Source of the DNA: Dehalococcoidia bacterium
Lineage (GTDB): Bacteria > Chloroflexota > Dehalococcoidia > Lucifugimonadales > UBA3495
Direction: 5' to 3'
Assembly (NCBI GenBank): GCA_965203435.1
Contig: CBDBCU010000005.1
Span: forward strand, 202,977-266,976
Length of the DNA stretch: 64,000 nucleotides
In this document: one piece after another, positions 43,371 to 52,677 of the stretch
Position numbering within the stretch: the stretch's first letter is position 1
Layout of the letters: the number at the start of each line of letters is the position of its first letter
Made by a program: the position numbers and the translations under genes
The notes under the pieces: generated by a model
What the model saw: only the letters and a program-made list of their open reading frames with translations
Told to the model about the DNA's origin: nothing
Database searches by the model: none

Positions 43371-44312
43371 ATGCCCAAGTTCCTTATGGGAAGTATCGCC
43401 CTTTTCCTAGTGCTGGCCGCCGCCGGCTATGGCCTGACCACCCTCCAAGCCCGCTCCGTCCCCTGGGACTGCTCCGACTGGCAAGCCTTTGCCCACGCCG
43501 ACCGGACTACGTCCATCCTCGAGTCCCTGGCCGAGAACCGGGGCAAGACCCTCTACTGCGGTGTCGACCAGTCCGACACCTTTACCAAGGCGGAGACCTG
43601 GGAGGCCGGCAAGGACCGCAACGAGCGGGATGACACCGTCTATTTCGGAGAACGCGGCCAGTTCCGGGGTTTCATCGCCGCCCAAGAGGGTTATCTGACC
43701 GACGGGGAATCCGGCATCACCGGCGTCAGCATCGACCGCATCTTTGAGTTTCCCCGGGAACCCAAGAAACGCCGGCGCAAGAAGCCGCTGCCGCGGCCGA
43801 ACCTGGTGTATGGCGGGCAGTATAACGCCAACAATCCCCACTACAGCGGCAACGGCGGCGTGAGCGGACATCCTTACTATTGCGCCGGCGGGGATATTTT
43901 TGACCCCAGCACGGATCCCGGCACGGCCGGCACGCGGATCCAGGGGCGCAACGGATATGTTACGACCCAAGGCCCGCCCGGCGAGGAACGGACTACTATT
44001 CCGGCGGCCCGGGAATCGGCCAAGGCGGCCTTTGAACAGGGCGTTACCCGGAGCCAGTTGAAGGCTTGGGCCCGGGATGGCGGCCCGATTACGAGCAAGG
44101 GCGCTTGCGAGGCGGCCACCGGCGCCACCGGGGAGTGCCAATCCCTGCGCGACGAAAACGGGGAGCAGCTCTACACCGGGACGCCGCGGATAATCCAAGT
44201 GTGGCTGGACGATAACTATACTTACGGCGGCGACCCGCCGCGGGTAACGCCCAGCAATTATCGCTATAACGCGAATAGGGTTCTTTACTACACCGCCTAC
44301 TGCCGCCGCTAG
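43371..44312 (+). CDS. Secreted or membrane-anchored protein, modular family copy 3
   Basis: MPKFLMGS... The N-terminal module differs from copy 2 at about 9 of the first ~128 residues. The linker is PKKRRRKKPLPRP. I could not align the C-terminal module (..GGQYNANNPHYSGNGG.., tail YYTAYCRR) to copies 1 or 2. Confidence 0.8.
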   Translation: MPKFLMGSIALFLVLAAAGYGLTTLQARSVPWDCSDWQAFAHADRTTSILESLAENRGKTLYCGVDQSDTFTKAETWEAGKDRNERDDTVYFGERGQFRGFIAAQEGYLTDGESGITGVSIDRIFEFPREPKKRRRKKPLPRPNLVYGGQYNANNPHYSGNGGVSGHPYYCAGGDIFDPSTDPGTAGTRIQGRNGYVTTQGPPGEERTTIPAARESAKAAFEQGVTRSQLKAWARDGGPITSKGACEAATGATGECQSLRDENGEQLYTGTPRIIQVWLDDNYTYGGDPPRVTPSNYRYNANRVLYYTAYCRR

Positions 44313-44354
44313 GTAGGGGCGGCGCAACGGGCGGTTGCCTAGACGGCGCAAAAT

Positions 44355-44399
44355 CCTCCCCCGGCTGGTGGATGGCGGGGCGGGGGAGGGCGGCTTTTT
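44355..44399 (+). terminator. Intrinsic terminator of family copy 3
   Basis: CCTCCCCCG ... CGGGGGAGG followed by GCGGCTTTTT. Confidence 0.5.
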
Positions 44400-44426
44400 G
44401 CGGCCCCTGGATAGCCTATCCCCTTT

Positions 44427-44537
44427 CCGCTCATCCTGAACTGGTTGAAGGATGGCCGGCCCCTTTCCGCTCATCCTGAACTGGTTGAAGGATGGGAAGG
44501 CCGCCATTCCGTTCATCCTGAACATCGTTGAAGGATG
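44427..44537. repeat. Three direct copies of repeat family D
   Basis: TCCGCTCATCCTGAACTGGTTGAAGGATGG occurs twice, plus a diverged third copy, with a period of about 44 bp. Confidence 0.8.
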
Positions 44538-44606
44538 GGAACGGCGGCGGGAAAGGTCGGAGGGGACGGAATAGCGGCCGGCCGCTTAATCCGCATCCTC
44601 CGGCAA

Positions 44607-45134
44607 CTAGGGATCCTCCGGCGGCGGGGGCGGATAGTCTATTTCCCACCGCGCCGCAATTTCCGCCTCCGTCAAGCGCAGGCGGCCGATGGCCCGTTCC
44701 TGTTCCGGATCCGGTACGAAGTCGGGATTCGGCTCCCGCGCCAGCAAGCCGGTAAAGGTCGCCAGCAGGCCGGTTATCCGCTCCAGATGACGCCGCACCT
44801 CCCAATCGTACATCAAATCCTCGTAAAAGTTGTTGTGCAGCTGGTCGGCGGCGTCCTGCAACGCCGGCAAGTCCGGCAGCTTGTACTCTACGGCCAGCAG
44901 ATTTACAATCCGCCGGCGGTAGTTATGGGAATCGCTCCGCCAGTAGCGGGATTCGGCCACGGCTTTAACCCCGTGGGCAACGGCCCCGGAGGCTTTGTCG
45001 CAAGCCTGCACCCGGTCGCCGCGCTTTTCCAGTTCGTAGCGGGCCTGGCGAATCAGCCGCCCGCTGGTTTTGCGGTGATGTTCCACGCCGGGCAGGGCAG
45101 CGCCGCCGGCGTTGCTATCAGGATTGACCGTCAT
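44607..45134 (-). CDS. PaREP1-like (HEPN-type helical) protein
   Basis: ..YELEKRGDRVQACDKASGAVAHGVKAVAESRYWRSDSHNYRRRIV.. matches the PaREP1-type ..ASEK.WGA.AHA.KA.A..RG....SH.. pattern as I remember it. Pro-rich C-terminus. Confidence 0.65.
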   Translation of the reverse strand: MTVNPDSNAGGAALPGVEHHRKTSGRLIRQARYELEKRGDRVQACDKASGAVAHGVKAVAESRYWRSDSHNYRRRIVNLLAVEYKLPDLPALQDAADQLHNNFYEDLMYDWEVRRHLERITGLLATFTGLLAREPNPDFVPDPEQERAIGRLRLTEAEIAARWEIDYPPPPPEDP

Positions 45135-45289
45135 AAGTTTTGACTCCTCCGGTTTGCGGTTGGGGCTTATTGTAGTATATTTCCGGCGCCTTTCTACCGT
45201 CCTTCCCGCTCAGGCGGGAATCCCGGAAGGCGTTGCCCTATGCCGCCGCGGGATTCCCGCTTACGCGGGCAGGACGTGTAGGAGGATGA

Positions 45290-45847
45290 TTACATCCCCT
45301 CCGGGCCATCCTCCGCATCCTCCTCGTCCTCTGGCGGCACAAAGGGCGGCAGGGGCGGCGGATAGTCAATCAGCGGCAGGGCGGCGGCCTCCTCCTCAGT
45401 CAAAAGCAACCGCGCAATGGCCCGCTGCTGTTCCGGGCCGGGCGTATAGTTCGGATCCGGCTCCCGATCCCGAGCGGCCAGCAGGAAATCGACCAAGCCG
45501 GTTACCCGGGTCAGCCGTTCCCGGATTTGCCAATCGTGCAGCAAATCCTCGTAAAAGTTGTCGTGGAGCCGGTCGGCGGCATACTGCACATCGGGCAATT
45601 CCGGCCGGTCAAACTCGAGGGCCAGCAAGTCCACAATCTGCCGGCGCAGGTTGTGGGAGCCGTTGCGCCACTGCCGGTCAAAGGCGATGGCTTTGACTGC
45701 GTGGGCTACGGCGCCGGAGGCTTTTTCCGAGGCTTGCAGGCGGTCGCCCTTTTTGTTCAGTTCGTAGTGGGATTGGGCCATCAGCCGCCGGGCATCGCCG
45801 GCGCGGCGGTCGCCGATTTCCGAGAGCATAAGGGAACTCCTTGCCAA
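45290..45847 (-). CDS. PaREP1-like (HEPN-type helical) protein, tandem paralogue
   Basis: ..YELNKKGDRLQASEKASGAVAHAVKAIAFDRQWRNGSHNLRRQIV.. The start may instead be the internal MLSEIG. Confidence 0.65.
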   Translation of the reverse strand: MARSSLMLSEIGDRRAGDARRLMAQSHYELNKKGDRLQASEKASGAVAHAVKAIAFDRQWRNGSHNLRRQIVDLLALEFDRPELPDVQYAADRLHDNFYEDLLHDWQIRERLTRVTGLVDFLLAARDREPDPNYTPGPEQQRAIARLLLTEEEAAALPLIDYPPPLPPFVPPEDEEDAEDGPEGM

Positions 45848-45918
45848 GCTTGCGGTGGTTGGGTTGATTATACAACATAGACCAAGAAAAGGGAATTGGG
45901 CGGCGGGCCGGACGGTTT

Positions 45919-46932
45919 TTATGCAGCGGCCGCCGCCATCGGCCTACTGCTCAGCAGGGCCAGGCTTGCCATTACCGCCCACACCGCCGTGGCCAGGGCT
46001 ATGTGCAGGGCGCGCAGTTCTACCGGGAAACCCGTCCATACAGCGATGCCGCCAACCAATAGCTGCGCGGCGAATAGGATCAGGCCGGCCAGGGATAAGG
46101 CGCGGATGATGCCGTTGCCGCCGCCGCTTTTCCGGCCGCCGCGCCGTAAGCCCAAGTGCAGGGTGTAGATTATCAGCAATCCCAGCAGGGCGGCTACCAG
46201 GCGGTGGAACATATTTACCGCCGGCAAATGGTCGAAGGGCCAAGTCCAGCCTTGACAGAGCGGCCAATCGGGACAGGCGGCCAGGGCGCCGGGCGTGGCG
46301 GTAACATAGGCCCCGGAAAGGATTAGCAGGTAGGTGGCTAGGGCTGACAGCATGGCCCAACGGGGGAAACGGGCGGCCGCCATCCATCCATTTGTTGCCG
46401 TGGATTTTGCAAGGGCAGCCGGGCGGTTGTCCGCTATCGAGGGGATGGCAGCGGCAGCCGGGCGGCGGTAGGCGGCGACCAGGATCAGCAGCAGGCAGCC
46501 GAGGAGGGCTTGGGCCAGGGCCAGATGCGCCGCTACGATGTGGCCGGGCAGTTCGGTCAGCACGGTTACGCCGCCCAAGCCGCCCTGCATCAGCAGCAAG
46601 ACTACGGCCACGGCGGCGGATACACTCAGCCACCGCTCCCGGCGGAAACGCAGTAAAGCTACGGCGGCAGTGGCGATGATCAGCGGGCCGACAATCGCCG
46701 AGGCGACCAGGCGGTGGCTGTATTCGATGATGTCGGCGGCGGTCATTGCCGGCAGCAGGCGGCCATCGCACAGCGGCCAGTCGCCGCCGCAGCCGAGGCC
46801 GGAGCCCGTAACCCGCACTACGCCGCCGAGGATTATCAGGGCAAAGGCGGATATTACCGAGGCCCAAGCCAGGCCGCGCAGCCAGCGGCGGGATAGGGGC
46901 GTCTTTAGGTTATGGGTTTCCGAAGTTGCCAA
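45919..46932 (-). CDS. ctaA: Haem A synthase (COX15/CtaA family)
   Basis: ..GGVVRVTGSGLGCGGDWPLCDG.. and a second ..CPDWPLCQG.. half. The start is uncertain. TTG at 46932 is preferred because the tracked N-terminus (to 47022) runs through a family D repeat. Confidence 0.8.
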   Translation of the reverse strand: MATSETHNLKTPLSRRWLRGLAWASVISAFALIILGGVVRVTGSGLGCGGDWPLCDGRLLPAMTAADIIEYSHRLVASAIVGPLIIATAAVALLRFRRERWLSVSAAVAVVLLLMQGGLGGVTVLTELPGHIVAAHLALAQALLGCLLLILVAAYRRPAAAAIPSIADNRPAALAKSTATNGWMAAARFPRWAMLSALATYLLILSGAYVTATPGALAACPDWPLCQGWTWPFDHLPAVNMFHRLVAALLGLLIIYTLHLGLRRGGRKSGGGNGIIRALSLAGLILFAAQLLVGGIAVWTGFPVELRALHIALATAVWAVMASLALLSSRPMAAAAA

Positions 46933-47024
46933 GTTGACCGCCTGATGTGATGGGTTGCTGTGCCGGGTAACTGGTTTCCGCTCATCCTGAACTTGTTGAA
47001 GGATGCCTTGCCGAGCGTACATAC

Positions 47025-47118
47025 CATGTCATTCCGAGCGTAGCCGAGGAATCTAAAAATCGAGTAAGGAGTCAAGGGCGGGCATTTTAGATTCCTCGGC
47101 TATGCTCGGAATGACATA
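47025..47118. repeat. Interspersed repeat family C
   Basis: CATGTCATTCCGAGCGTAGCCGAGGAATCT ... AGATTCCTCGGCTATGCTCGGAATGACATA. Confidence 0.8.
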
Positions 47119-47226
47119 GTGGAGGGGGTTGCGGCTCTGATACCGTCATTCCTACCCCACTCTGCCATCATGCCCGGCTTTATTGCCGCCATTCCCGCCG
47201 CTCTCTACCGCTTTTCCCATCCCCTA

Positions 47227-47325
47227 CCGTCATTCCCGCGTAAGCGGGAATCCAGGAATCCTTGCCGGCAACCGGCGGGTCTTTTCCGGTACCGTTCGGG
47301 ATTCCCGCTTACGCGGGAATGACGG
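47227..47325. repeat. Interspersed repeat family B
   Basis: Inverted CCGTCATTCCCGCGTAAGCGGGAATCC ends. Confidence 0.8.
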
Positions 47326-47407
47326 TAGAGAGCCGGGAATGACGGTAGAACGGCCGGAAAATGGTTTTATAGCCGCCGGACTTTGTGCTATAATTGCCAA
47401 TGTTATC

Positions 47408-48358
47408 ATGTCTGACGCGATTCGGGTAGCTGGTCTGGTTAAGAAATTCGGCTCTTTTACGGCGGTGGATGATATTTCCTTTGCCGTGGGGGCCGGAGAG
47501 ATTTTTGGCATCCTGGGGCCGAACGGGGCCGGCAAGACCACTACCCTGGAAATCATCGAGGGATTGCAAAGGCCGACCGCCGGGCAGGTCAGCGTCTTGG
47601 GAATGGAAATTCCCCGGGATGCTGTCCGCATCAAGGCCCGCATCGGGGTGCAGCTGCAATCCTCGGCCTATTTCAGCTATCTGTCCCTGCGGGAAATCCT
47701 GAATCTGCTGGGCAGTTTCTATCCCCGGCGGCTGGCGGCCGACGACCTGCTGGAACAGGTGGGCTTGACCGAACAATCCGGCCGGCCGGTCAATCAGCTA
47801 TCCGGGGGGCAACGGCAGCGGTTCACCGTGGCGGCCAGCCTGGTCAACGACCCGGAACTGGTCATCCTGGACGAACCCACGACCGGCTTGGATCCCCAAG
47901 CCCGGCATAACTTGTGGGATTTGATTCGGGAAATTCACGGGCGGGGGGTAACGGTGGCCCTGACCACCCACTATATGGAGGAGGCCCAATCCCTGTGCCA
48001 ACGGCTGGCGATTATGGATCGGGGGCAGATTGTCGCCATTGACACCCCGGACAACCTGATCCACCGCATCAAAACCACTTACACGGTCAAGCTGGTAACG
48101 GCGGAGCCGCTGACCGAAAATCAGTCCCTGGCCCTGGGCTGGGGGGCGGCGATCGGATTGCTGAGTCAGCAGGAGGCGGCGGCCGGCACGGTCGAGGGCT
48201 GCCCCTATTTGCTGCGGTTGGACAACAGCCCGGAGGCGTTGAACGGAATCCTGGAGGGCATTGTCCGCAGCGGTATCGGCTTGAAACACCTGGAAATTGT
48301 GCCGGCTACGCTAGAGGATGTGTTTCTGGAATTGACCGGGAACGAGCTGCGGGATTAG
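47408..48358 (+). CDS. ABC transporter ATP-binding protein (ABC-2/drug-exporter type)
   Basis: Start trimmed to MSDAIRVAGL (47408). Walker A is GPNGAGKTT, the signature motif is LSGGQRQR, and Walker B is LVILDEPT. Confidence 0.9.
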   Translation: MSDAIRVAGLVKKFGSFTAVDDISFAVGAGEIFGILGPNGAGKTTTLEIIEGLQRPTAGQVSVLGMEIPRDAVRIKARIGVQLQSSAYFSYLSLREILNLLGSFYPRRLAADDLLEQVGLTEQSGRPVNQLSGGQRQRFTVAASLVNDPELVILDEPTTGLDPQARHNLWDLIREIHGRGVTVALTTHYMEEAQSLCQRLAIMDRGQIVAIDTPDNLIHRIKTTYTVKLVTAEPLTENQSLALGWGAAIGLLSQQEAAAGTVEGCPYLLRLDNSPEALNGILEGIVRSGIGLKHLEIVPATLEDVFLELTGNELRD

Positions 48359-48394
48359 GGTAATTGTCGACACCCCGGATAATCAATCCCCTAT

Positions 48395-48559
48395 CCGCTC
48401 ATCCTGAACTTGTTGAAGGATGGGGTAATCCACTATGCTCGAAATGGCATCCTTCAACGAGTTCAGGATGAGCGGACACGGCGGCGGGCATCCTTCAACG
48501 AGTTCAGGATGAGCGGATAAGCGGCGGGTATCCTTCAACGAGTTCAGGATGAGCGGAAA
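48395..48559. repeat. Four copies of repeat family D (one forward, three reverse)
   Basis: CCGCTCATCCTGAACTTGTTGAAGGATG, then three copies of CATCCTTCAACGAGTTCAGGATGAGCGGA. Confidence 0.8.
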
Positions 48560-48564
48560 CGAAA

Positions 48565-49635
48565 ATGCTGGCCTTGACTTTTGCCAATCTGAAAATGCTG
48601 GGGCGCAACCGGCAGACCACTTTTTGGGCGCTGTTCTTTCCGCTGATTCTGGTGGTGGTGTTCGGGCTGTTTGATTTCAGCGCTCTGGGGCGGGCGCGGA
48701 TTGCGGTCATCGACGGGGCGCAAACGCCGGCGTCGGAGGAAGTAGTGGCCGGGCTGCGGGACATCGCCGCCCTGCGCTGGGCCGAGCCGCCGGAAAGCCC
48801 TATGGCCGGGCGGGAATTGATTGCCGCCGGAGACTTGGACTATCTGCTGGTCATCCCGGAGGGCTTTGTCGTGGGCGGGCCGGCGGCGCCCATTTCCCTT
48901 ACCTTGACCGATGCCAACCGGGAACGCAATCAGCTGATTTTGGGATTGCTGCGGCAGCGGGCCGGCGCGGCGGTCGCCGAGGAAAGCGTGATGGAGCCGC
49001 CGCCCTTGGTAGTGGAACGGCGGCTGGACTTGCATCGGCCCTCGTACTTTGACCTGGTGCTGCTGGGCCTGGTGGGAATGGGCGTGATGACCAACGCCAT
49101 CATATCGGTGGCGGTACGCCTCAGCAACTATCGCAACCTGTCCATCCTGCGGCGACTGCTGGCGACGCCGCTGCCCATCTGGAAGTTCTTTGCGGCGGAA
49201 ATCGCGGCGCAGCTGGTCTTGGCCCTGGCCCAAGCCGGCATCATCCTGGCGGTAGGGGTATTTATATTCGGGGCGCAGCTGCCGGGCAATTGGCTGTATC
49301 TGCTGCCGGTGGTGCTGCTGGGCAGCCTGATTTTCCTGAACATCGGCTTTATCCTGTCGGCGTGGGCCAATACGCCGGCGGCGGCCTCCGGAATGGGCAA
49401 TGCGATAGCCTTTCCGATGATGCTTTTTGCCGGGGTATTTTTTCCGACCTCGGCCTTGCCCTGGCTGCTGCCCTACGCCGCCGATGCCCTGCCGCTGGCC
49501 CCGATGCTGACCGCCCTGCGGGATATTGCCCTGCAAGAGGCGGCGTTGTGGGAAGTGTGGCCGCAGTTGGCGATTTTGGCGGGATGGGCGGCGGCCACGG
49601 CGGTAATGGCGGTGCGGGTGTTTCGGTTCAGTTAG
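48565..49635 (+). CDS. ABC-2 type transporter permease
   Basis: 356 aa, polytopic, directly downstream of the ATPase gene. Confidence 0.8.
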   Translation: MLALTFANLKMLGRNRQTTFWALFFPLILVVVFGLFDFSALGRARIAVIDGAQTPASEEVVAGLRDIAALRWAEPPESPMAGRELIAAGDLDYLLVIPEGFVVGGPAAPISLTLTDANRERNQLILGLLRQRAGAAVAEESVMEPPPLVVERRLDLHRPSYFDLVLLGLVGMGVMTNAIISVAVRLSNYRNLSILRRLLATPLPIWKFFAAEIAAQLVLALAQAGIILAVGVFIFGAQLPGNWLYLLPVVLLGSLIFLNIGFILSAWANTPAAASGMGNAIAFPMMLFAGVFFPTSALPWLLPYAADALPLAPMLTALRDIALQEAALWEVWPQLAILAGWAAATAVMAVRVFRFS

Positions 49636-49832
49636 GGATGGCGGTGCGGGTTCATCCTTCAACAAGTTCAGGATGAGCGGATAGCTGTGAGTTCATCCGG
49701 CAACGATTTCGGGATGAGCGGAAAGGCATTGGCGGCGGTGCTGGTTCTCCGGCGATGATTTCAGGATGAGCGGAAAGGCCCCGGGATGTTGCGGGTTCAT
49801 CCTTCAACAAGTTCAGGATGAGCGGATAGGAG

Positions 49833-50624
49833 TTGGCATTGGCGTCCTTTCTGGCGGCGGTCAGCTTTTTAACTATCCTGCCGGCGCGCTGGCCCGGCGG
49901 GTTCAGTCCGCAAGCGATCAGCAACTCCCGGGCCTGGTTTCCGCTAGTGGGCCTGCTGCTGGGCTTGCTGCTGCTGGGCGTGGAACGGGGGGCGCGGGAA
50001 GTTTTTCCCGTCGAGCTGACCGCCGCCCTGCTGACGGCGCTGCTGATAATTCTGACCCGGGGGCTGCACCTGGACGGGTTTATGGATGTGTGCGATGGCG
50101 TGTTCGGCGGCTACACCCCGGAGCGGCGGCGGGAAATTATGCGGGATTCCCGGGTCGGCGCTTTTGCGGTAGCCGGAGCCGGCGGATTGCTGTTGCTGAA
50201 GTACGCCGCCCTGGTGTCCCTGCTGTCGTTGGACGGGCCGGGCAAAATAGGGATGCTGCTGCTTTTTCCAATGCTTTCCCGATGGACGATGACGCTGCTG
50301 CTGGCGGCGTTTCCCTATGCCCGCCGTCAAGGACTAGGCTCTCCCTTTCATCAGGGCAAAGCGCATTGGGCTACGGCGGCGGCCGGGGTTATGGCGGCGG
50401 CTGGGGCACTACTGCTGGGCGGTTACGGCGGCTTGGCGCTGCTGGCGGGCCTGTCGGCGCTGGCTTGGCTGTTGGGTTGGCTGCTATCCCGGCTGCTGGG
50501 GGGATTGACCGGCGACTGCTACGGGGCGGCTAACGAGGCGGCGGAAGTGTTGGCGCTGGTAGCAGGGGTGGCGCTGGCGGGATATGGGTGGGTGATTCCG
50601 GCTTTCGGGAGGGGATGGTTTTAG
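49833..50624 (+). CDS. cobS: Adenosylcobinamide-GDP ribazoletransferase (cobalamin synthase)
   Basis: ..FLTILP.., ..TRGLHLDGFMDVCDG.. The tracked start is TTG at 49833. The next TTG (49839) has better SD spacing. Confidence 0.85.
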   Translation: MALASFLAAVSFLTILPARWPGGFSPQAISNSRAWFPLVGLLLGLLLLGVERGAREVFPVELTAALLTALLIILTRGLHLDGFMDVCDGVFGGYTPERRREIMRDSRVGAFAVAGAGGLLLLKYAALVSLLSLDGPGKIGMLLLFPMLSRWTMTLLLAAFPYARRQGLGSPFHQGKAHWATAAAGVMAAAGALLLGGYGGLALLAGLSALAWLLGWLLSRLLGGLTGDCYGAANEAAEVLALVAGVALAGYGWVIPAFGRGWF

Positions 50625-50705
50625 GGCGGCCTTGCCGAGGTAAAAGCAGGGGCAATCCGGCCCGCCGGCAACGGGGAAATCTCGGTTATTCCCGGCGGGG
50701 CCGGT

Positions 50706-50734
50706 TTGCATTTCCCGCCGGAAAGGAGTAGAAT
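50706..50734 (+). promoter_or_regulatory. Promoter TTGCAT-17-TAGAAT ending 6 nt before the ATG (leaderless-type)
   Basis: Same sequence context as 41064..41092. Confidence 0.55.
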
Positions 50735-50740
50735 AGCGGT

Positions 50741-51286
50741 ATGCTGGGACGAAAAGGGCGGCGGTTTCTGAGGGCTCTGAAAGAGGGCGGGAAAGTTCTG
50801 CTGTCCAGCCTGATCGGCGTGCTGTCCCTGGCGGTGAACTTTTATCTAGTGTTTATCAGCTGGGACTGGAGCAGCCAGTCCTACTATGACTTTTACGGGA
50901 AAGTCATCACCAACACCGCCGCCACGGCGGCGGTGCTGATTGCCATAGTCATCTACAGCCCGGAGGTGGTCAAGGTGTTTGGAGAAACCTTTCTGGCAAA
51001 ACGGTTTGCGGCCGGGAAAGAGGAGGGGTTGGAGGAGGGGGTAGTCAAGGGCCGCGAGGAGGGCCGGGAGGAGGGAGTGGTTAAGGGCCGCGAGGAGGGC
51101 TTGGAGGAAGGCCGTGAGGAGGGTCGCGAGGAGGGCGTAGTGAAGGGCCGGGGAGAACGGGACGCGGAGTTGCTGAAGCTCCTCGAGGAAAGCCCGGAAG
51201 TTACCCTTGACCAGCTTAAAGACCTGTTGCGTAGTGGAGACACGCCGCGCAACGGCAAAGAATCCGGGCAGTCGTGGCCGGATTAG
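50741..51286 (+). CDS. Membrane protein with GREEG-type repeats, paralogue
   Basis: 181 aa. The N-terminus is nearly identical to 41099..41656 (MLGRKGRRFLR.LKEGGKVLLSSLIGVLSLA). Confidence 0.7.
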   Translation: MLGRKGRRFLRALKEGGKVLLSSLIGVLSLAVNFYLVFISWDWSSQSYYDFYGKVITNTAATAAVLIAIVIYSPEVVKVFGETFLAKRFAAGKEEGLEEGVVKGREEGREEGVVKGREEGLEEGREEGREEGVVKGRGERDAELLKLLEESPEVTLDQLKDLLRSGDTPRNGKESGQSWPD

Positions 51287-51314
51287 CCGGTGGATCTACG
51301 CCGGCCCTCTTGAG

Positions 51315-51702
51315 GTGGCAGTGGTGTTTGGCGACGAATTTCTGGCAAAACGGTTCGCGGCCGGCAAAGAGGAGGGCTTGGAGGAGGGGGTAGTCAAGGG
51401 TCGCGAGGAGCGGGACGAGGAGATTCGGGCGGAATTTCGTCGGCTCTTGGCGGGGTTCTGTTGAATTTTGCTGGGGGAAATTTTACCCAAATCGGAAAAC
51501 TTTCCGAAATCGGTAAAATCCCCATAGGAGATTTGTTGCAAATCGGAAAACTTTCCGCAGCGCAACAAATCCCCCCCAGCAAAATTCAACAGAACCCTTG
51601 GCGGAGAACCCGGAAACTTTTGCCGACCAGGTCAAAGACTGGCTGGCCAATGGGGACGCGCCGCGCAACGGCAAGGAATCCGGGCAGTCGCGGCCGGATT
51701 AG
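51315..51702 (+). pseudogene. GREEG-repeat gene (counterpart of 41697..41981) interrupted by a MITE
   Basis: VAVVFGDEFLAKRFAAGKEEG...AEFRRLLA is broken at 51453/51454. The reading frame resumes after the MITE as ENPETFADQVKDWLANGDAPRNGKESGQSRPD. Confidence 0.7.
51454..51596. mobile_element. 143-bp MITE derived from the adjacent IS6-family element
   Basis: The termini GGTTCTGTTGAATTTTGCTGGGGG are the same as the IS ends. The 8-bp direct duplication CTTGGCGG lies at 51446-51453 and 51597-51604. Confidence 0.85.
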
Positions 51703-51858
51703 CCGGAGGAGCTACGCCGGCCCCCTTGAGGGGGCAGCGGTGTTTTGGGACGACGACTTTCCGGCAAAACGGTTCGAGGCCGGCCGCGCGGAGGGTCTGA
51801 TAAAGGGCCGGGGAAAGCGGGTATGCGAAGGGTTCTGTTGAATTTTGCTGGGGGAAAG

Positions 51859-52677
51859 TCACAAACGGAGATTCCCAATCTTTTCCGGCTCCACCATCAA
51901 CTGCCGTTCCAGGTGATTCAACGCATTATTCAGGTACAGGGGGGACGCATCCACCCCCCGAAACTCCTTGCCCAGATCCTCGGCCGCTATTGCCATTTCC
52001 CCCGACCCCATAAAGGGGTCATAAATCCGTTCCGCAAAGAAACTGGCCGACAAAATTTCCCGCAACAGCGGCAACGGTTTCTGCGTGGGATGGATCTTTT
52101 TGCCCGGCGGCACCCGGCTATGCCGCAGCACATTGCTCGGTACCGTTTCCGTCCGTTTTGCCTGTCCATTAAGGCCGCTAATCAGAGCAGCGTTCCTGCC
52201 GGCCAGCATAATCAACTCATGCTGCGCCTTGAAATAGCTGCCCGGAGCGTCCTTTTTATCCCACACCAGCATATTGCAGAGGCTATAGCCAATCAAACTG
52301 ACTACATCCTCCAGCGTCGACCACATCCGCCAATCCGTAAAGATATACAGACCCGGCGGATGCGTCACCATCAGCAAAGGCCGGAACATTTCCCGCATCA
52401 TCACGGTGTAGCCCCGCGCCGACAGTCCATCGCTCAACAGCAAGGGAAATTCATCGGCCCGCTCGCCGACAAGGTGATAACTTCCGGTTTTTTTCTTGGC
52501 GTCCTGCATACCGCCGGAGCAGTAAGGGGGATCGGTGAACAGCAAGTCCGGCGTCCAGCCGTCCATAAGCCGCACTACCAATTCCGGGTCGGAGTTGTAG
52601 CCGCAGGCCAACCGATGCCGGCCCACCTGCCAGAGGTCGCCGGGCTGAACGCCAAAATCTCGGTGGTTCTCAATCAT
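51859..52677 (-). CDS. Beta-class N6-adenine (or N4-cytosine) DNA methyltransferase, IS passenger
   Basis: Start at MIENHRDFG (52677) behind GGAGGGG. Motif IV (LLFTDPPY) precedes HPTQKP and motif I (IYDPFMGSGEMAIAA). The start overlaps the transposase stop (ATGA). Confidence 0.8.
   Translation of the reverse strand: MIENHRDFGVQPGDLWQVGRHRLACGYNSDPELVVRLMDGWTPDLLFTDPPYCSGGMQDAKKKTGSYHLVGERADEFPLLLSDGLSARGYTVMMREMFRPLLMVTHPPGLYIFTDWRMWSTLEDVVSLIGYSLCNMLVWDKKDAPGSYFKAQHELIMLAGRNAALISGLNGQAKRTETVPSNVLRHSRVPPGKKIHPTQKPLPLLREILSASFFAERIYDPFMGSGEMAIAAEDLGKEFRGVDASPLYLNNALNHLERQLMVEPEKIGNLRL

Noticed and set aside
49766-50533. A 255-aa ORF overlapping cobS in another frame.
   Set aside because: It is an Arg/Gly/Ala-rich out-of-frame shadow of the cobS gene, which has clear CobS motifs.
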